Assembly: GCA_031963205.1 (NCBI GenBank)
Contig: JASSUB010000007.1
Span: 808-64,807, forward strand
DNA length: 64,000 nucleotides
Source: Mycoavidus cysteinexigens
GTDB taxonomy: Bacteria > Pseudomonadota > Gammaproteobacteria > Burkholderiales > Burkholderiaceae
Direction: 5' to 3'
In this document: one piece after another, positions 1-9,742 of the stretch
How positions within the stretch are numbered: the stretch's first letter is position 1
How the letters are laid out: the number at the start of each line of letters is the position of its first letter
Notes under the pieces: model-generated
What the model was told of the DNA's origin: nothing
Seen by the model: only the letters and a program-made list of their open reading frames with translations
Databases searched by the model: none
Made by a program: the position numbers and the translations under genes

Positions 1-1955
1 ATGCGTTGCGCCAGATGAAGAAAACTTGCACATTGAGCACGATGAATCGAGATGCCCCTAGCCCGCGTCACAAAACCGGTAATTGCATCGGGCGGAGCGG
101 GCCGGCAACAACGAGCAAATTGCGTCATCAATGCGCTCACTCCGACCACTAACACACCGCTTGAGGCGCCTTGCAAGACGCTTAAATCACTGCTTTTTCT
201 GGTCGCTAGCGGTGTGCTAGTAGTACTGTGCTCAGTATCTGGGCCAGCTAGCGCCTGCTCAATGCTGCGTGGACTCAACTCTTCTTTGCCCATTGCCAGA
301 AATAATTCTTCAGCTGACTTAAGGCCAATTTTAGCGGCTAAATCGTCTAGGTTAATCGAGGTTTTTCCTTCACGTTGTAAGGTCTTTTCAACCAGAGCGC
401 GCCCGCTCGCAATCGCTTGCTGCAAGTCAATTGCATTAAACCAAGCACGCACTTTTTGCTTAGCCCGCGCGCTGCTTAGATAGGCTAATTGCGAATTGAG
501 CCAATCACGCGATGGGCCGCCTTGTTTTACCGTGATAATCTCAACCGTCTGCCCGTTTTGCAGAGGGGTATTCAGTGGCACCATGGCGCCATCAACGCGT
601 GCACCACGACAGCGATGACCCAGTTCAGTGTGCAAATAATACGCAAAATCGACGGCGCTGGCCCCTTGCGGTAACGCCACTACATGCGCCTGCGGCGTGA
701 GTACGTAAATGTGATCATCTAGCGCTGCTTGTTTTAATTGCTGCCAGGGTTCTTGGTCAGCCAGTGAATCTAGATCGGCATTGCGATGCGTTATATCATC
801 CTTCCAAGCGAGTAATTGCCGCAACCAGGCGAGCTTTTCATCGTAGCGACTCTGGGCTGGAGCGTGGCCATGATAGTTCTCCCCAGTTTCTTTATAGCGC
901 CAGTGTGCTGCGATCCCATATTCGGCAAAGCGATGCATTTCATGCGTGCGAATTTGAATTTCCAGCGCGCGGCCGCTAGCATCTAGCACGACGGTATGCA
1001 ATGACTTATACCCATTCGGTTTGGGCCGTGCAATGTAATCATCAAACTCTTTTGGAATCGGCTGCCAAAAGTTATGCACAATACCCAATACGCTATAGCA
1101 CTCTTTGATGTCGTTGACGATCACACGTAATGCACGCACATCATAGAGCTCAGAAAAGTCGAGTTGCTTACTGCGCATTTTGCGCCAAATACTATAAATA
1201 TGCTTTGGCCGGCCAGTGACTTCAGCCTGGATGTCGGCTTTAGATAACTCACGCTCTAGCTGAGCGATGCCCTGCGTGATATCGGCATTGCGCTCAATAC
1301 GCTTTTCGTCAAGCAAGCGCGCAATGTGTTTATACGTCAGCGGGTCCTCGAAGCGAAAAGCTAGGTCTTCAAGCTCCCATTTCAGTTGCCAAATACCCAA
1401 GCGGTTCGCCAGCGGCGCGTCAAGTTCAAGTATTTCACGCGCCATTTCAAGCGCAGGCTGTGGCTGCACAGTAGCATAGTAGCGTAGCGTTTGCAGCCGG
1501 GAAGCCAGTCGGATCAGCACCACTCGCACGTCTTGGGAAAACGCTAAGACCATTTTACGCACCATCTCTATTTGCGCATGCCGAGTCGCTGCGAGATCAC
1601 GGCTAGCGCGCTGCGGCGTCGCTGCGGGTGCAATTTGCCCGCGGCTTACGCCAAGCCGCACCAGCTTGCACGCATCCAGCGCAAGCTGGGTAATCTCCAG
1701 GCCAAAGCGAGTTTCAAGGAGCGCTCCAGGCTCTTTTATATAAGCGATTGCATTAAAAATCACCGACGCAATCAAAGTTGGCCGATCGACATTAAGCGTT
1801 TCGATAATACGCACGGTACCCCGTGCATGATCAAGCACCGATTCTCCCGAGTGCAAGCTAAACGTGCCCGCGTGTTCCTGCAGGAAGGCCTGCGCATCAT
1901 CAAGCTCAGCAGCAGCTGCTGCTGCCGGCTGTAAAAAAGTCTCTTTATTCATCAT
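1..1955 (-). CDS. relA: (p)ppGpp synthetase RelA, 3' end runs off the window
   Basis: Hand translation of the minus strand from ATG 1955: MMNKETFLQ..., synthetase motif GRPKHIYSIWRKM (~1170-1220), TGS segment LHTELGHRCRGARVDGAMVPL, and SIHRAQC near position 40. It is absent from the ORF track, consistent with no stop before position 1. Confidence 0.93.
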   Translation of the reverse strand, partial: MMNKETFLQPAAAAAAELDDAQAFLQEHAGTFSLHSGESVLDHARGTVRIIETLNVDRPTLIASVIFNAIAYIKEPGALLETRFGLEITQLALDACKLVRLGVSRGQIAPAATPQRASRDLAATRHAQIEMVRKMVLAFSQDVRVVLIRLASRLQTLRYYATVQPQPALEMAREILELDAPLANRLGIWQLKWELEDLAFRFEDPLTYKHIARLLDEKRIERNADITQGIAQLERELSKADIQAEVTGRPKHIYSIWRKMRSKQLDFSELYDVRALRVIVNDIKECYSVLGIVHNFWQPIPKEFDDYIARPKPNGYKSLHTVVLDASGRALEIQIRTHEMHRFAEYGIAAHWRYKETGENYHGHAPAQSRYDEKLAWLRQLLAWKDDITHRNADLDSLADQEPWQQLKQAALDDHIYVLTPQAHVVALPQGASAVDFAYYLHTELGHRCRGARVDGAMVPLNTPLQNGQTVEIITVKQGGPSRDWLNSQLAYLSSARAKQKVRAWFNAIDLQQAIASGRALVEKTLQREGKTSINLDDLAAKIGLKSAEELFLAMGKEELSPRSIEQALAGPDTEHSTTSTPLATRKSSDLSVLQGASSGVLVVGVSALMTQFARCCRPAPPDAITGFVTRARGISIHRAQCASFLHLAQR

Positions 1956-2095
1956 GAAATAGGAGGATAAACATAACTTCCCTCACCCAAAAAGCCAGAT
2001 TAACAGAATATTACTGTGTCACGCCTTGCGGTATAGAACTACTTCCAGCACAATAATGTTCGCAAAAAACGAATCATCATTCGCCGTGGAAAGCT

Positions 2096-3769
2096 ATGTC
2101 ACCGACCCCCTTTACTGAACAATACGGCCAGCGCGAATCAATGGAATATGATGTAGTCATTGTTGGCGGCGGTCCAGCAGGACTTACGGCAGCGATTCAT
2201 CTGAAGCAACTCGCGCAGCAAAAAGGCACTGAAATTAGCGTGTGCGTACTTGAAAAAGGCTCAGAAATCGGCGCCCATATTGTGTCGGGCGCAGTGATGG
2301 ATCCGCGCGCGCTGAGCGAATTATTTGCCGATTGGAAAGAACGGGGCGCGCCACTCGAAACGCCAGTCACAGAAGACCGCTTTCTATTTTTGACCAGCCA
2401 ACGGGCTTATCAAGTCCCTAACTGGATGCTGCCGGCAACGTTTAAAAATCATGGCAACTATCTGATTAGCCTGGCCAATGTTGTACGCTGGCTCGGCCGC
2501 CAGGCTGAAGCGCTCGGCGTTGAGATTTTCCCAGGGTTCGCTGCTGCCGAAATTTTATATGGCGACGATGGCGCTGTCAAAGGCGTAGCAACCGGCAATC
2601 TGGGCATTGGTCGTGATGGCAAACCGAGTGAGCAATTCCAGCTTGGCATGGAGCTCCATGCCAAGTACACACTTTTTTGCGAAGGTGCACGTGGGCACCT
2701 TGGCCGCCAATTACAAGAAAAATACCAGCTCAATGCCCATAGTGACCCGCAAGTCTACGGGCTGGGGATTAAAGAATTATGGGAAGTCCCGGCCGCACAG
2801 CATCAACCTGGACTCGTCATCCATACAGCCGGCTGGCCGCTTGAGCACACGACTTATGGCGGCTCTTTTCTTTACCATATGGCAAATCAGCAAATTGCCA
2901 TCGGCCTAGTGGTTGGCTTAGGCTATGAAAACCCCTATCTTTCGCCCTTTGAAGAGTTTCAGCGCTATAAAACACATCCAGCGATTCGTGCCTTTCTGGC
3001 CGGTGGCAAACGTATTTCATATGGCGCCCGCGCGATCGCTGCCGGCGGGCTCATGTCTTTACCACAGTTAGCCTTTCCAGGTGGGGCGCTGGCTGGCTGC
3101 GAGGCAGGTTTTCTGAATGCAGCACGCATTAAAGGCAGCCATGCTGCGATTAAAAGTGCCATGCTGCTAGCGGTCGCGACCTTCGAGGCGATCGCCAACG
3201 GTCGGCAAGCTGATGTTTTAGAGGATTACCCGCAAGCCTTTAAACGTTCTTGGCTTTACCAAGAACTGCACCGCGCTCGCAATTTCAAGCAATGGATGAG
3301 CAAAGGACTCGCGCTAGGCACCGTCATGACCGGTCTTGAACACACCCTACTCGGCGGCAGAGTACCTTGGACCCTGCACCATCGGCACGCTGATCATACT
3401 TGCCTCAAGCCCGCGTCACACTGCAAGCCCATCGATTATCCCAAGCCAGACGGTAAGCTGACCTTTGATCGACTTTCTTCGGTTTTTATTTCTAACACCC
3501 ACCACGCAGAAAACCAGCCCGCTCACCTGACGTTGAAAGATCCGACGGTGCCAAGCAACGTGAATTTACCGCGCTATGCAGGGCCCGAAGCTCGCTATTG
3601 CCCTGCTGCTGTCTACGAATTTGTGATCGGCAGCGACGGCGAGCAGCATTTACAAATCAATGCGCAAAATTGTGTGCATTGCAAGACTTGCGATATTAAA
3701 GACCCGACGCAAAATATTGTATGGATCACGCCAGAAGGCGGTGGCGGCCCCAATTATCCCAATATGTGA
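2096..3769 (+). CDS. Electron transfer flavoprotein-ubiquinone oxidoreductase
   Basis: FAD motif YDVVIVGGGPAG; C-terminal 4Fe-4S motif RYCPA...NCVHCKTCDIKDP; ends GGGPNYPNM. Confidence 0.96.
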   Translation: MSPTPFTEQYGQRESMEYDVVIVGGGPAGLTAAIHLKQLAQQKGTEISVCVLEKGSEIGAHIVSGAVMDPRALSELFADWKERGAPLETPVTEDRFLFLTSQRAYQVPNWMLPATFKNHGNYLISLANVVRWLGRQAEALGVEIFPGFAAAEILYGDDGAVKGVATGNLGIGRDGKPSEQFQLGMELHAKYTLFCEGARGHLGRQLQEKYQLNAHSDPQVYGLGIKELWEVPAAQHQPGLVIHTAGWPLEHTTYGGSFLYHMANQQIAIGLVVGLGYENPYLSPFEEFQRYKTHPAIRAFLAGGKRISYGARAIAAGGLMSLPQLAFPGGALAGCEAGFLNAARIKGSHAAIKSAMLLAVATFEAIANGRQADVLEDYPQAFKRSWLYQELHRARNFKQWMSKGLALGTVMTGLEHTLLGGRVPWTLHHRHADHTCLKPASHCKPIDYPKPDGKLTFDRLSSVFISNTHHAENQPAHLTLKDPTVPSNVNLPRYAGPEARYCPAAVYEFVIGSDGEQHLQINAQNCVHCKTCDIKDPTQNIVWITPEGGGGPNYPNM

Positions 3770-3783
3770 TGACTCTCTAAAGG

Positions 3784-4626
3784 TTAAACGGGTACCAGCG
3801 CTTCTTGCTCAGCGTCTCGCCACAACCTAAAGGGGTGATTAAACACGCGGCTAACTAGCCTGGGTGAGAGAATGTCCTGCACTAGGCCGCTATATGCAGA
3901 TCCTTTGCCATCAAGCAAAAGTGCATGGGTGGCAAAACGACGGGCCAAATTTAAGTCATGGCATGAGAATATAATGGTGCGTGGCGCGTCCCCTACCCAA
4001 CTCCGTAAGCGTTGCAGGCAATCGATTTGGTAAGGTAGATCTAAATGCGCTAGCGGCTCATCCAACAACAGCAATGGCGCCTCCTGGCATAGCACGGCAG
4101 CTAATGCAACCCGCTGCCGTTCGCCGCCCGAGAGTGACAGCACATCACGCGTAGCCAACGGCGCTAAACCGAAGGTATCGAGTGCCGCCCACGTGGCCAA
4201 GTGATCTTGAGCCGTCTCCCACCCCCAGCCCACCAGGTGAGGATAACGACCCAGTAAGACAATTTCTAATACACTGGCGTTAAATATATCTTGCTGGGTT
4301 TGCGGCAACCATGCCCGCCGCCGCGCAAGTGCCGCTGCTGGCCATAAAGAGAGTGCACGACCGTCGAGTTCAATCGTACCCTGCCAGGTTTGATGCACAC
4401 CCGCTAAACTTTCGATTAAAGTCGTTTTGCCCGCGCCATTAGGTCCAGCAATGCACCATATTTGCTCGGGCAAAAAACCTTGCTCTAAGCTGGCAACCAG
4501 CGTGCGAGAACCTCGTGCCAGCGTAAGATCACGCACAGTCAAGACACTCTTCACTAGAGAGCTAACCTGTGCAGCGGGCGCAGTCGCAGCACTCACAGCC
4601 GCACCGTCTTGCCGTTGATGATTCAT
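3784..4626 (-). CDS. btuD: Cobalamin/iron-siderophore ABC transporter ATPase (BtuD-like)
   Basis: Walker A GPNGAGKT, signature LSGGERQR, Walker B LLLLDEP. ATG 4626 overlaps the btuC stop (ATGA). Confidence 0.85.
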   Translation of the reverse strand: MNHQRQDGAAVSAATAPAAQVSSLVKSVLTVRDLTLARGSRTLVASLEQGFLPEQIWCIAGPNGAGKTTLIESLAGVHQTWQGTIELDGRALSLWPAAALARRRAWLPQTQQDIFNASVLEIVLLGRYPHLVGWGWETAQDHLATWAALDTFGLAPLATRDVLSLSGGERQRVALAAVLCQEAPLLLLDEPLAHLDLPYQIDCLQRLRSWVGDAPRTIIFSCHDLNLARRFATHALLLDGKGSAYSGLVQDILSPRLVSRVFNHPFRLWRDAEQEALVPV

Positions 4627-5627
4627 CGCCGCTCGCTGGCTAACAACCATAAAAAGACCGGTACCCCAATCAGTGCCGTGATCGCGCCCAACGGCAATTG
4701 AACCGGAGCCACTACGGTACGAGCAACGAGATCTGCCATCATGGTTAATGCCCCACCCGCTAGGGCCGCAGCCGGCAGCAACATGCGCTGATCATTGCCC
4801 AATAAGAGCCGCACTCCATGCGGTACCACCAGGCCAATAAAGCCAACGCTCCCCGCCGTACTGACTGCCGCCGCGGTAGCCAGCGACGCCAGCCAATAAA
4901 TGCGCCGCCGCAAGGGCACAACGGCAACCCCTAGCGCATACGCCGTAGCTTCACCACGCAACAAAACATTCAGTTGGGTGGCGCTACTTAAACTCACGAC
5001 TAGCACCCCTGCTAGCACAATGAATGCAAATCCGCCATGACCGGCACCACTCAAATCCCCGACCAGCCAGAACACCATGCCACGCAAGGCACGCTCCGGC
5101 GCCAACGTGATTAATAGGATAATCAATGCGCCCCAACCCGTGGCTAGCACAACACCCGTTAACAGTAAGCGCGATGAGGCAACCTGCGATGCTCCCTGCA
5201 ACCACGTACGCCGCGTAGCAAACAGTAGAACCATGATCGCGGCAAGCGCTCCAGCAAACGCACAAAGATTGATATAAAGAGTCGGCAACGACAGCATCAT
5301 CGCGCCCAAAGCAAAACTCGCTGCGCCACCCGATACGCCTAACACGTAAGGATCAGCCAGGGGATTACGCAACAAGATTTGCAACAACGCGCCCGCCAGC
5401 GACAATAATGCACCACAAGCAAAACCTGCTACGGTACGAGGCATACGCAAAGTACGCACAATTTGTGCCGCGACACTCTCTTCATCGCCGCAGCAAACGC
5501 GCAATAATTGCGCCGCAGACAAACTGACACTGCCGGTGGCCAGCGAAACCAAAAATACAGTCACGGCAAGCAATAAGAGTACAGACCAGATGATGACTGC
5601 ACGTCGTAATGTCATAGTTTTGATCAT
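4623..5627 (-). CDS. btuC: Cobalamin ABC transporter permease (BtuC/FecCD family)
   Basis: LRMPR, LLRNPLADPYVLGVSGGA, GFIGLVVPH and LPLGAITALIGVP motifs; downstream of the TonB-dependent receptor. Confidence 0.88.
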   Translation of the reverse strand: MIKTMTLRRAVIIWSVLLLLAVTVFLVSLATGSVSLSAAQLLRVCCGDEESVAAQIVRTLRMPRTVAGFACGALLSLAGALLQILLRNPLADPYVLGVSGGAASFALGAMMLSLPTLYINLCAFAGALAAIMVLLFATRRTWLQGASQVASSRLLLTGVVLATGWGALIILLITLAPERALRGMVFWLVGDLSGAGHGGFAFIVLAGVLVVSLSSATQLNVLLRGEATAYALGVAVVPLRRRIYWLASLATAAAVSTAGSVGFIGLVVPHGVRLLLGNDQRMLLPAAALAGGALTMMADLVARTVVAPVQLPLGAITALIGVPVFLWLLASERR

Positions 5628-5684
5628 TTTTTAATGCATATTTTTACAATTTATGTAAGAAAGTGGGTGCACGGCCTGCGTCAA

Positions 5685-7619
5685 TTAACGTTGCTGCCAA
5701 CCCAACGTAAAATATATCCCACGAGGCACTGCTCGATACGCGTAAGCCAGTTCATGGTGTTTATTGAATACATTCTCAATCCGAGTTGCCGCATACCATG
5801 AGCGAGATACATCATAACGCGCGTTTAAATTCACCACCCCATAACCGCCCAGCACAGTGCCATTGTCATCACGCCGACTGCTGGTCAACCACATGCCGCC
5901 CACGCGCCAATCACCCAGTTGACGAGTTGCGAGAAGGCTCGCAAAATGCCGCGCCCGGCGTGGTAGATCCTGTTTATGCACTTCATCAATGGCGCGTTGC
6001 GTGGTCAGTGAGGCGCGTAGGCGCGTGCCGCGCACACGTCCGGACCACGATGCTGCAAGTCCTTGCACCCGCGCGCGGCCAATATTTTGAGCTTGGTACA
6101 GGTTGGCCAACTTAGGCAACTGTAGCGTAGCGGGTTTGATTGGCGCCGCTTCAATCAAGTCATCATACCGTGTCTGAAATACGTTCACACGTGCCATGCC
6201 CCATTGATCCGAACTATGTTCAATGCCCGCCTCCACCGAATGACTAGATTCAGGTTGAAGTCTGAGATTGCCATAGTGCGGGTAATATAAATCATTAAAA
6301 GAGGGGACGCGAAAGGCACTGGAATAACTGCTGGTGAATTTCCAATGTGGATTAAAGTAATAGCCGTAACCGGCATAATAACTATCTGCGCGGCCAAAAT
6401 TTGTATAGTGATCACGTCGCGCATTCAATTGGAGTTGATGTGCGCCAAAGCCAGCTTGATAACCCGCAAAAGTGGCGTGCACCTGCCGGCTAGCTGCTGC
6501 ATAAATACTGGCGTCCAGGTTTTGCTGCAGGTATTCATAGCCAAACTGTAGCCGCTGCCTTGGCCGCAGACTCAGTTCATTTTGCCAGATAAGCTGGCGA
6601 TTGGTGGTGCTAAAGCGATTATCGAATATGCCATTTAGCCAATTCAGGTTTTGCTCGTGACCGTTGGCCATCATCAGCGAAGTGCGCCAAGATTCGCTCA
6701 ACTGGCCGGCGACATGGAGCGATAAAGCCCGCACCCGGTTATTGGCCAAATTGAGATCTGTGGGATAGCCATAGGCCTGGTCAGACCCCACCGTCCCGTG
6801 TGATTGATAAAATCGTACCCCGGCCAGCCAAGCTGGGTTAAAGCGATGCTTAAGCGCTGCCGTGATACTTTCAGCAAAAAAATCATAGGCATTCGGCTGA
6901 GTCGGCTGCAGTCGTTTGGTGTTGGGCGATGCCAAGCCTTCGGTTTTCAAGCGCGAGCCATGAAGACTAAAGGTCGTAGCACCTGCCGTATCCAATGCGC
7001 CACTGATGCCTGCTTGCTGATGCTGGGTATGATGACTCCCCATTTCCGCCAAAACATTTAATTTGGGTGGCTGCTGACCGCCTGCTTTAGTGAAAATGTG
7101 TACCACGCCGCCAATTGCATTCGAGCCATAAAGCGCTGAGACATTGCCACTCACCACTTCGACCCGCTCAAACTGAGCCAACATCAATTGCGCTAGCTGC
7201 GTGCTACCCAGGCTAGCTGAATCAACCCGCACCCCATCGATCAGGAGCAGGGTTTGGGTTGCAGCGGCGCCACGCAAAAACAGGCTACTGGTCGCACCAG
7301 GCCCACCATTTCTCACCACCTGAGCCCCCGCGACAGCAGGCAATAATGCCGGCAAATCAAGCGCGCCACTATCGACTAGATCCTGCTGACTGAATGACGT
7401 CGTCGGTGCCTGCGTATGCGTCAACGGTGATGCAACACGCGCGGCCGTCACGACCACTTGTGGGGCCAACCGAGGGCGCTTGACCGGCTGTGGTTGGGCG
7501 GCAATCACCGTAACGGCGCCCATTTTCTCAACCTTCGATTGAGTTGAATTGGCGCCCACCCGCTGTGGCCACGCCATGAAGATGACACAAATCAGCGATA
7601 CTGCTATCGCTGCTAGCAT
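5685..7619 (-). CDS. btuB: TonB-dependent vitamin B12 receptor (BtuB-like)
   Basis: Signal-like N-terminus from ATG 7619, TonB box VVVTAAR, plug motif SALYGSNAIGGVVHIFT, C-terminal beta strand YFTLGWQQR. The B12 specificity is inferred from Burkholderia synteny with zapA. Confidence 0.82.
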   Translation of the reverse strand: MLAAIAVSLICVIFMAWPQRVGANSTQSKVEKMGAVTVIAAQPQPVKRPRLAPQVVVTAARVASPLTHTQAPTTSFSQQDLVDSGALDLPALLPAVAGAQVVRNGGPGATSSLFLRGAAATQTLLLIDGVRVDSASLGSTQLAQLMLAQFERVEVVSGNVSALYGSNAIGGVVHIFTKAGGQQPPKLNVLAEMGSHHTQHQQAGISGALDTAGATTFSLHGSRLKTEGLASPNTKRLQPTQPNAYDFFAESITAALKHRFNPAWLAGVRFYQSHGTVGSDQAYGYPTDLNLANNRVRALSLHVAGQLSESWRTSLMMANGHEQNLNWLNGIFDNRFSTTNRQLIWQNELSLRPRQRLQFGYEYLQQNLDASIYAAASRQVHATFAGYQAGFGAHQLQLNARRDHYTNFGRADSYYAGYGYYFNPHWKFTSSYSSAFRVPSFNDLYYPHYGNLRLQPESSHSVEAGIEHSSDQWGMARVNVFQTRYDDLIEAAPIKPATLQLPKLANLYQAQNIGRARVQGLAASWSGRVRGTRLRASLTTQRAIDEVHKQDLPRRARHFASLLATRQLGDWRVGGMWLTSSRRDDNGTVLGGYGVVNLNARYDVSRSWYAATRIENVFNKHHELAYAYRAVPRGIYFTLGWQQR

Positions 7620-7725
7620 AGAATGAGCATGCGCTATTTTATAGCTAACGCTGTTTCTCTTCGCGCAAATTGCCTCAATACGATTTGATGCGGTTAAAAT
7701 ATTCCGACTTCCAAGGATGCAGCTC

Positions 7726-7977
7726 ATGCTTAACGAATTAGACTCTTTACGACAAAATATTGGTCGGCTGATCATGTTGATCGACCGCTACCGCCAACAA
7801 TGGCAAGATTTAACACAACAATTGGAACAAAGCCAAGCGGCACTCGCCGCCATGCGCTCAACACTTGAACAAACCTGCAGTGAACGCGATGCACTCACCA
7901 GCAAAATCGAGGAGGCTCAGTTGCAACTCAATGCTATCCTTACAAAGTTACCGCCGGCCCTAACCTCTGAGATTTAA
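7726..7977 (+). CDS. ZapB-like coiled-coil cell-division protein
   Basis: Short all-coiled-coil ORF (MLNELDSLRQNIGRLI...) directly upstream of zapA, as in Burkholderia. Confidence 0.7.
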   Translation: MLNELDSLRQNIGRLIMLIDRYRQQWQDLTQQLEQSQAALAAMRSTLEQTCSERDALTSKIEEAQLQLNAILTKLPPALTSEI

Positions 7978-8011
7978 TCTCAGCTTTCTAGCTAAACACC
8001 AGTACGTGCTC

Positions 8012-8353
8012 ATGACAAACAAGCAAATCGAAGTCCAAATATTAGGTCAGCCATACCGACTCGCCTGTTCAGCAGAGAACGAAGCGGCCTTATTGGAAGC
8101 CGCTACACGGGTTGATGCAGAAATGACAAAAGTGCGCACTCATAGTGCCGCGCGCGGCACTGACCGCATTGCCGTCATGGCCGCGATCTCGCTCGCATCC
8201 GAGCTCTTATTACTACAACGTAACGTACGCCAAAGTGAGGCATTCCCTACAGAGGAAATTCGACGTACAATGCAACGTATGAATCAACGGATTACGACCA
8301 CGCTTGAGCAGCATGAGCAAAGCACGCCACTGCTCAAGCCTAACCCAACGTGA
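8012..8353 (+). CDS. zapA: Cell division protein ZapA
   Basis: QIEVQILGQPYRLAC...RIAVMAAISLA; followed by 6S RNA. Confidence 0.92.
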   Translation: MTNKQIEVQILGQPYRLACSAENEAALLEAATRVDAEMTKVRTHSAARGTDRIAVMAAISLASELLLLQRNVRQSEAFPTEEIRRTMQRMNQRITTTLEQHEQSTPLLKPNPT

Positions 8354-8438
8354 TCGGAACCCCGCAGTAGAGGTAGGCAGCTTATACGAGAGAGCCGCTT
8401 TTTAATGTACTTAAAGGTTAAATGCCATAATTTAAAGT

Positions 8439-8613
8439 TTTCCCTGCCTGGTTCGCGAAGATCCTATACTCTTTGAACCAATGCGATATGCAACGGTTGC
8501 GGAAATTTGTGATATGGGCGTGCGCATCACTCGTTTGATGCGCTCAAAGTGTCACTAACTGCGACCATCTTGAACCCAGGTTCAGGATGCCGGTCTAGCG
8601 GCTAAGGCGGGGA
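8439..8613 (+). ncRNA. ssrS: 6S RNA
   Basis: The 5' TCCCTGCCTGGTTCGC and 3' GCGGCTAAGGCGGGGA ends pair imperfectly; contains TTGAACC and CTTGAACCCAGGTTCAGG; canonical position after zapA; CATAAT -10 at 8426-8431. Confidence 0.9.
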
Positions 8614-8622
8614 TCTTATAGC

Positions 8623-8652
8623 ACGGCACCGAAGCTTCGGTGCCGTTTTTTT
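8623..8652 (+). terminator. Intrinsic terminator of 6S RNA
   Basis: Perfect palindrome ACGGCACCGAAG/CTTCGGTGCCGT followed by a T run. Confidence 0.88.
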
Positions 8653-8664
8653 ATCCTCTCAGTT

Positions 8665-9564
8665 TCACTGCCTAGCAGCAGGTGGGGGGCGTTGCCCGCC
8701 CCGATACACATAAGCCAAGACACCCACGCCAACGACGATCATCGGTACGGATAGCCACTGCCCTAATGACCAACCAAAGGTTAATAAACCTAGAAAGTCA
8801 TCTGGCTCACGCATAAACTCAACCAGAAAGCGCGCGCAACCATAACCGATCAAAAATACTGCCGAGATCGCCCCAACCGGCCTGATTTTGCGTGCAAACA
8901 GCCAAACCATCACAAACAACGCAAGCCCTTCAAGCGCCACCTCATACAACTGGGAGGGGTGACGCGGTAAGGCCTGGTAGTGGTCAAAGATGACCTGTAA
9001 CCCGCCGGCCACGGCTTGCTGCGGATGACTCAACAACCAGCTACGATCTGCGTGCGCTGCCTGTGGGAAGAGCATGGACCAAGGCGCATCAGGAGCGCTG
9101 ACCCGGCCCCACAATTCACCATTAATAAAATTACCGAAACGACCCGCCGCCAGCCCAGCAGGTACCAGCGGCGCCATAAAATCAGCCACCTCCAACCAGC
9201 GGCGCTGAGATTGACGCGCAAAAAGAAACAGGGCGAAGCTAACGCCAATAAAACCACCATGAAATGACATCCCGCCTTCCCACACTTTAAAAATATCCAG
9301 TGGGTGGGCTAGATAAAAGCTAGCCTTATAAAACAAAACGTAGCCAAGTCGCCCCCCCACAATCGTGCCTAGCACGGCGTAAAACATCAGGTCATCTAGC
9401 GCCTTCGCAGTCCAGCCCTGGGCGACAACCTGCGGCAAGCGTAAACGCCAGCGGCCAAGCCCAATCGCGGCCAGAAAAGCCAGCAAATACATCAAGCCAT
9501 ACCAACGTACAGCAAGTGGCCCCAATTGCAGCGCAATCGGGTCGAATTGTGGATGGATCAGCAT
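8665..9564 (-). CDS. lgt: Prolipoprotein diacylglyceryl transferase
   Basis: [50 protein letters not shown]. Confidence 0.97.
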   Translation of the reverse strand: MLIHPQFDPIALQLGPLAVRWYGLMYLLAFLAAIGLGRWRLRLPQVVAQGWTAKALDDLMFYAVLGTIVGGRLGYVLFYKASFYLAHPLDIFKVWEGGMSFHGGFIGVSFALFLFARQSQRRWLEVADFMAPLVPAGLAAGRFGNFINGELWGRVSAPDAPWSMLFPQAAHADRSWLLSHPQQAVAGGLQVIFDHYQALPRHPSQLYEVALEGLALFVMVWLFARKIRPVGAISAVFLIGYGCARFLVEFMREPDDFLGLLTFGWSLGQWLSVPMIVVGVGVLAYVYRGGQRPPPAARQ

Positions 9565-9742
9565 AACTTGACCTCTAAACCATTAAAAAAGTGCATTATA
9601 GTATTTGACATCGATAAAAAGAGTCTTCATTCTTATGCTGACCCTATTGATTACAAAGTAATCGCCAGTTCATCACGGCGCGCCTACCGTTCAGCGCCGT
9701 TGGCTTTGTTTTTTATCTATTCTTTTTCTGAAAGGAAAATCC

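Noticed and set aside
52-1934. Plus-strand ORFs 52-483, 489-674, 764-979, 1267-1479 and 1572-1934
   Set aside because: All are antisense shadows of relA, which occupies the minus strand from 1955 to the window edge.
7620-7775. N-terminal extension of btuB to 7775
   Set aside because: It overlaps the divergent zapB-like gene and precedes the signal-peptide-like segment; ATG 7619 is more plausible.
8613-8665. Absence of ygfA after 6S RNA, and the perfect 24-bp palindrome as a possible REP/MITE
   Set aside because: The palindrome is explained as the 6S terminator and no second copy was seen; loss of the ygfA linkage is common.
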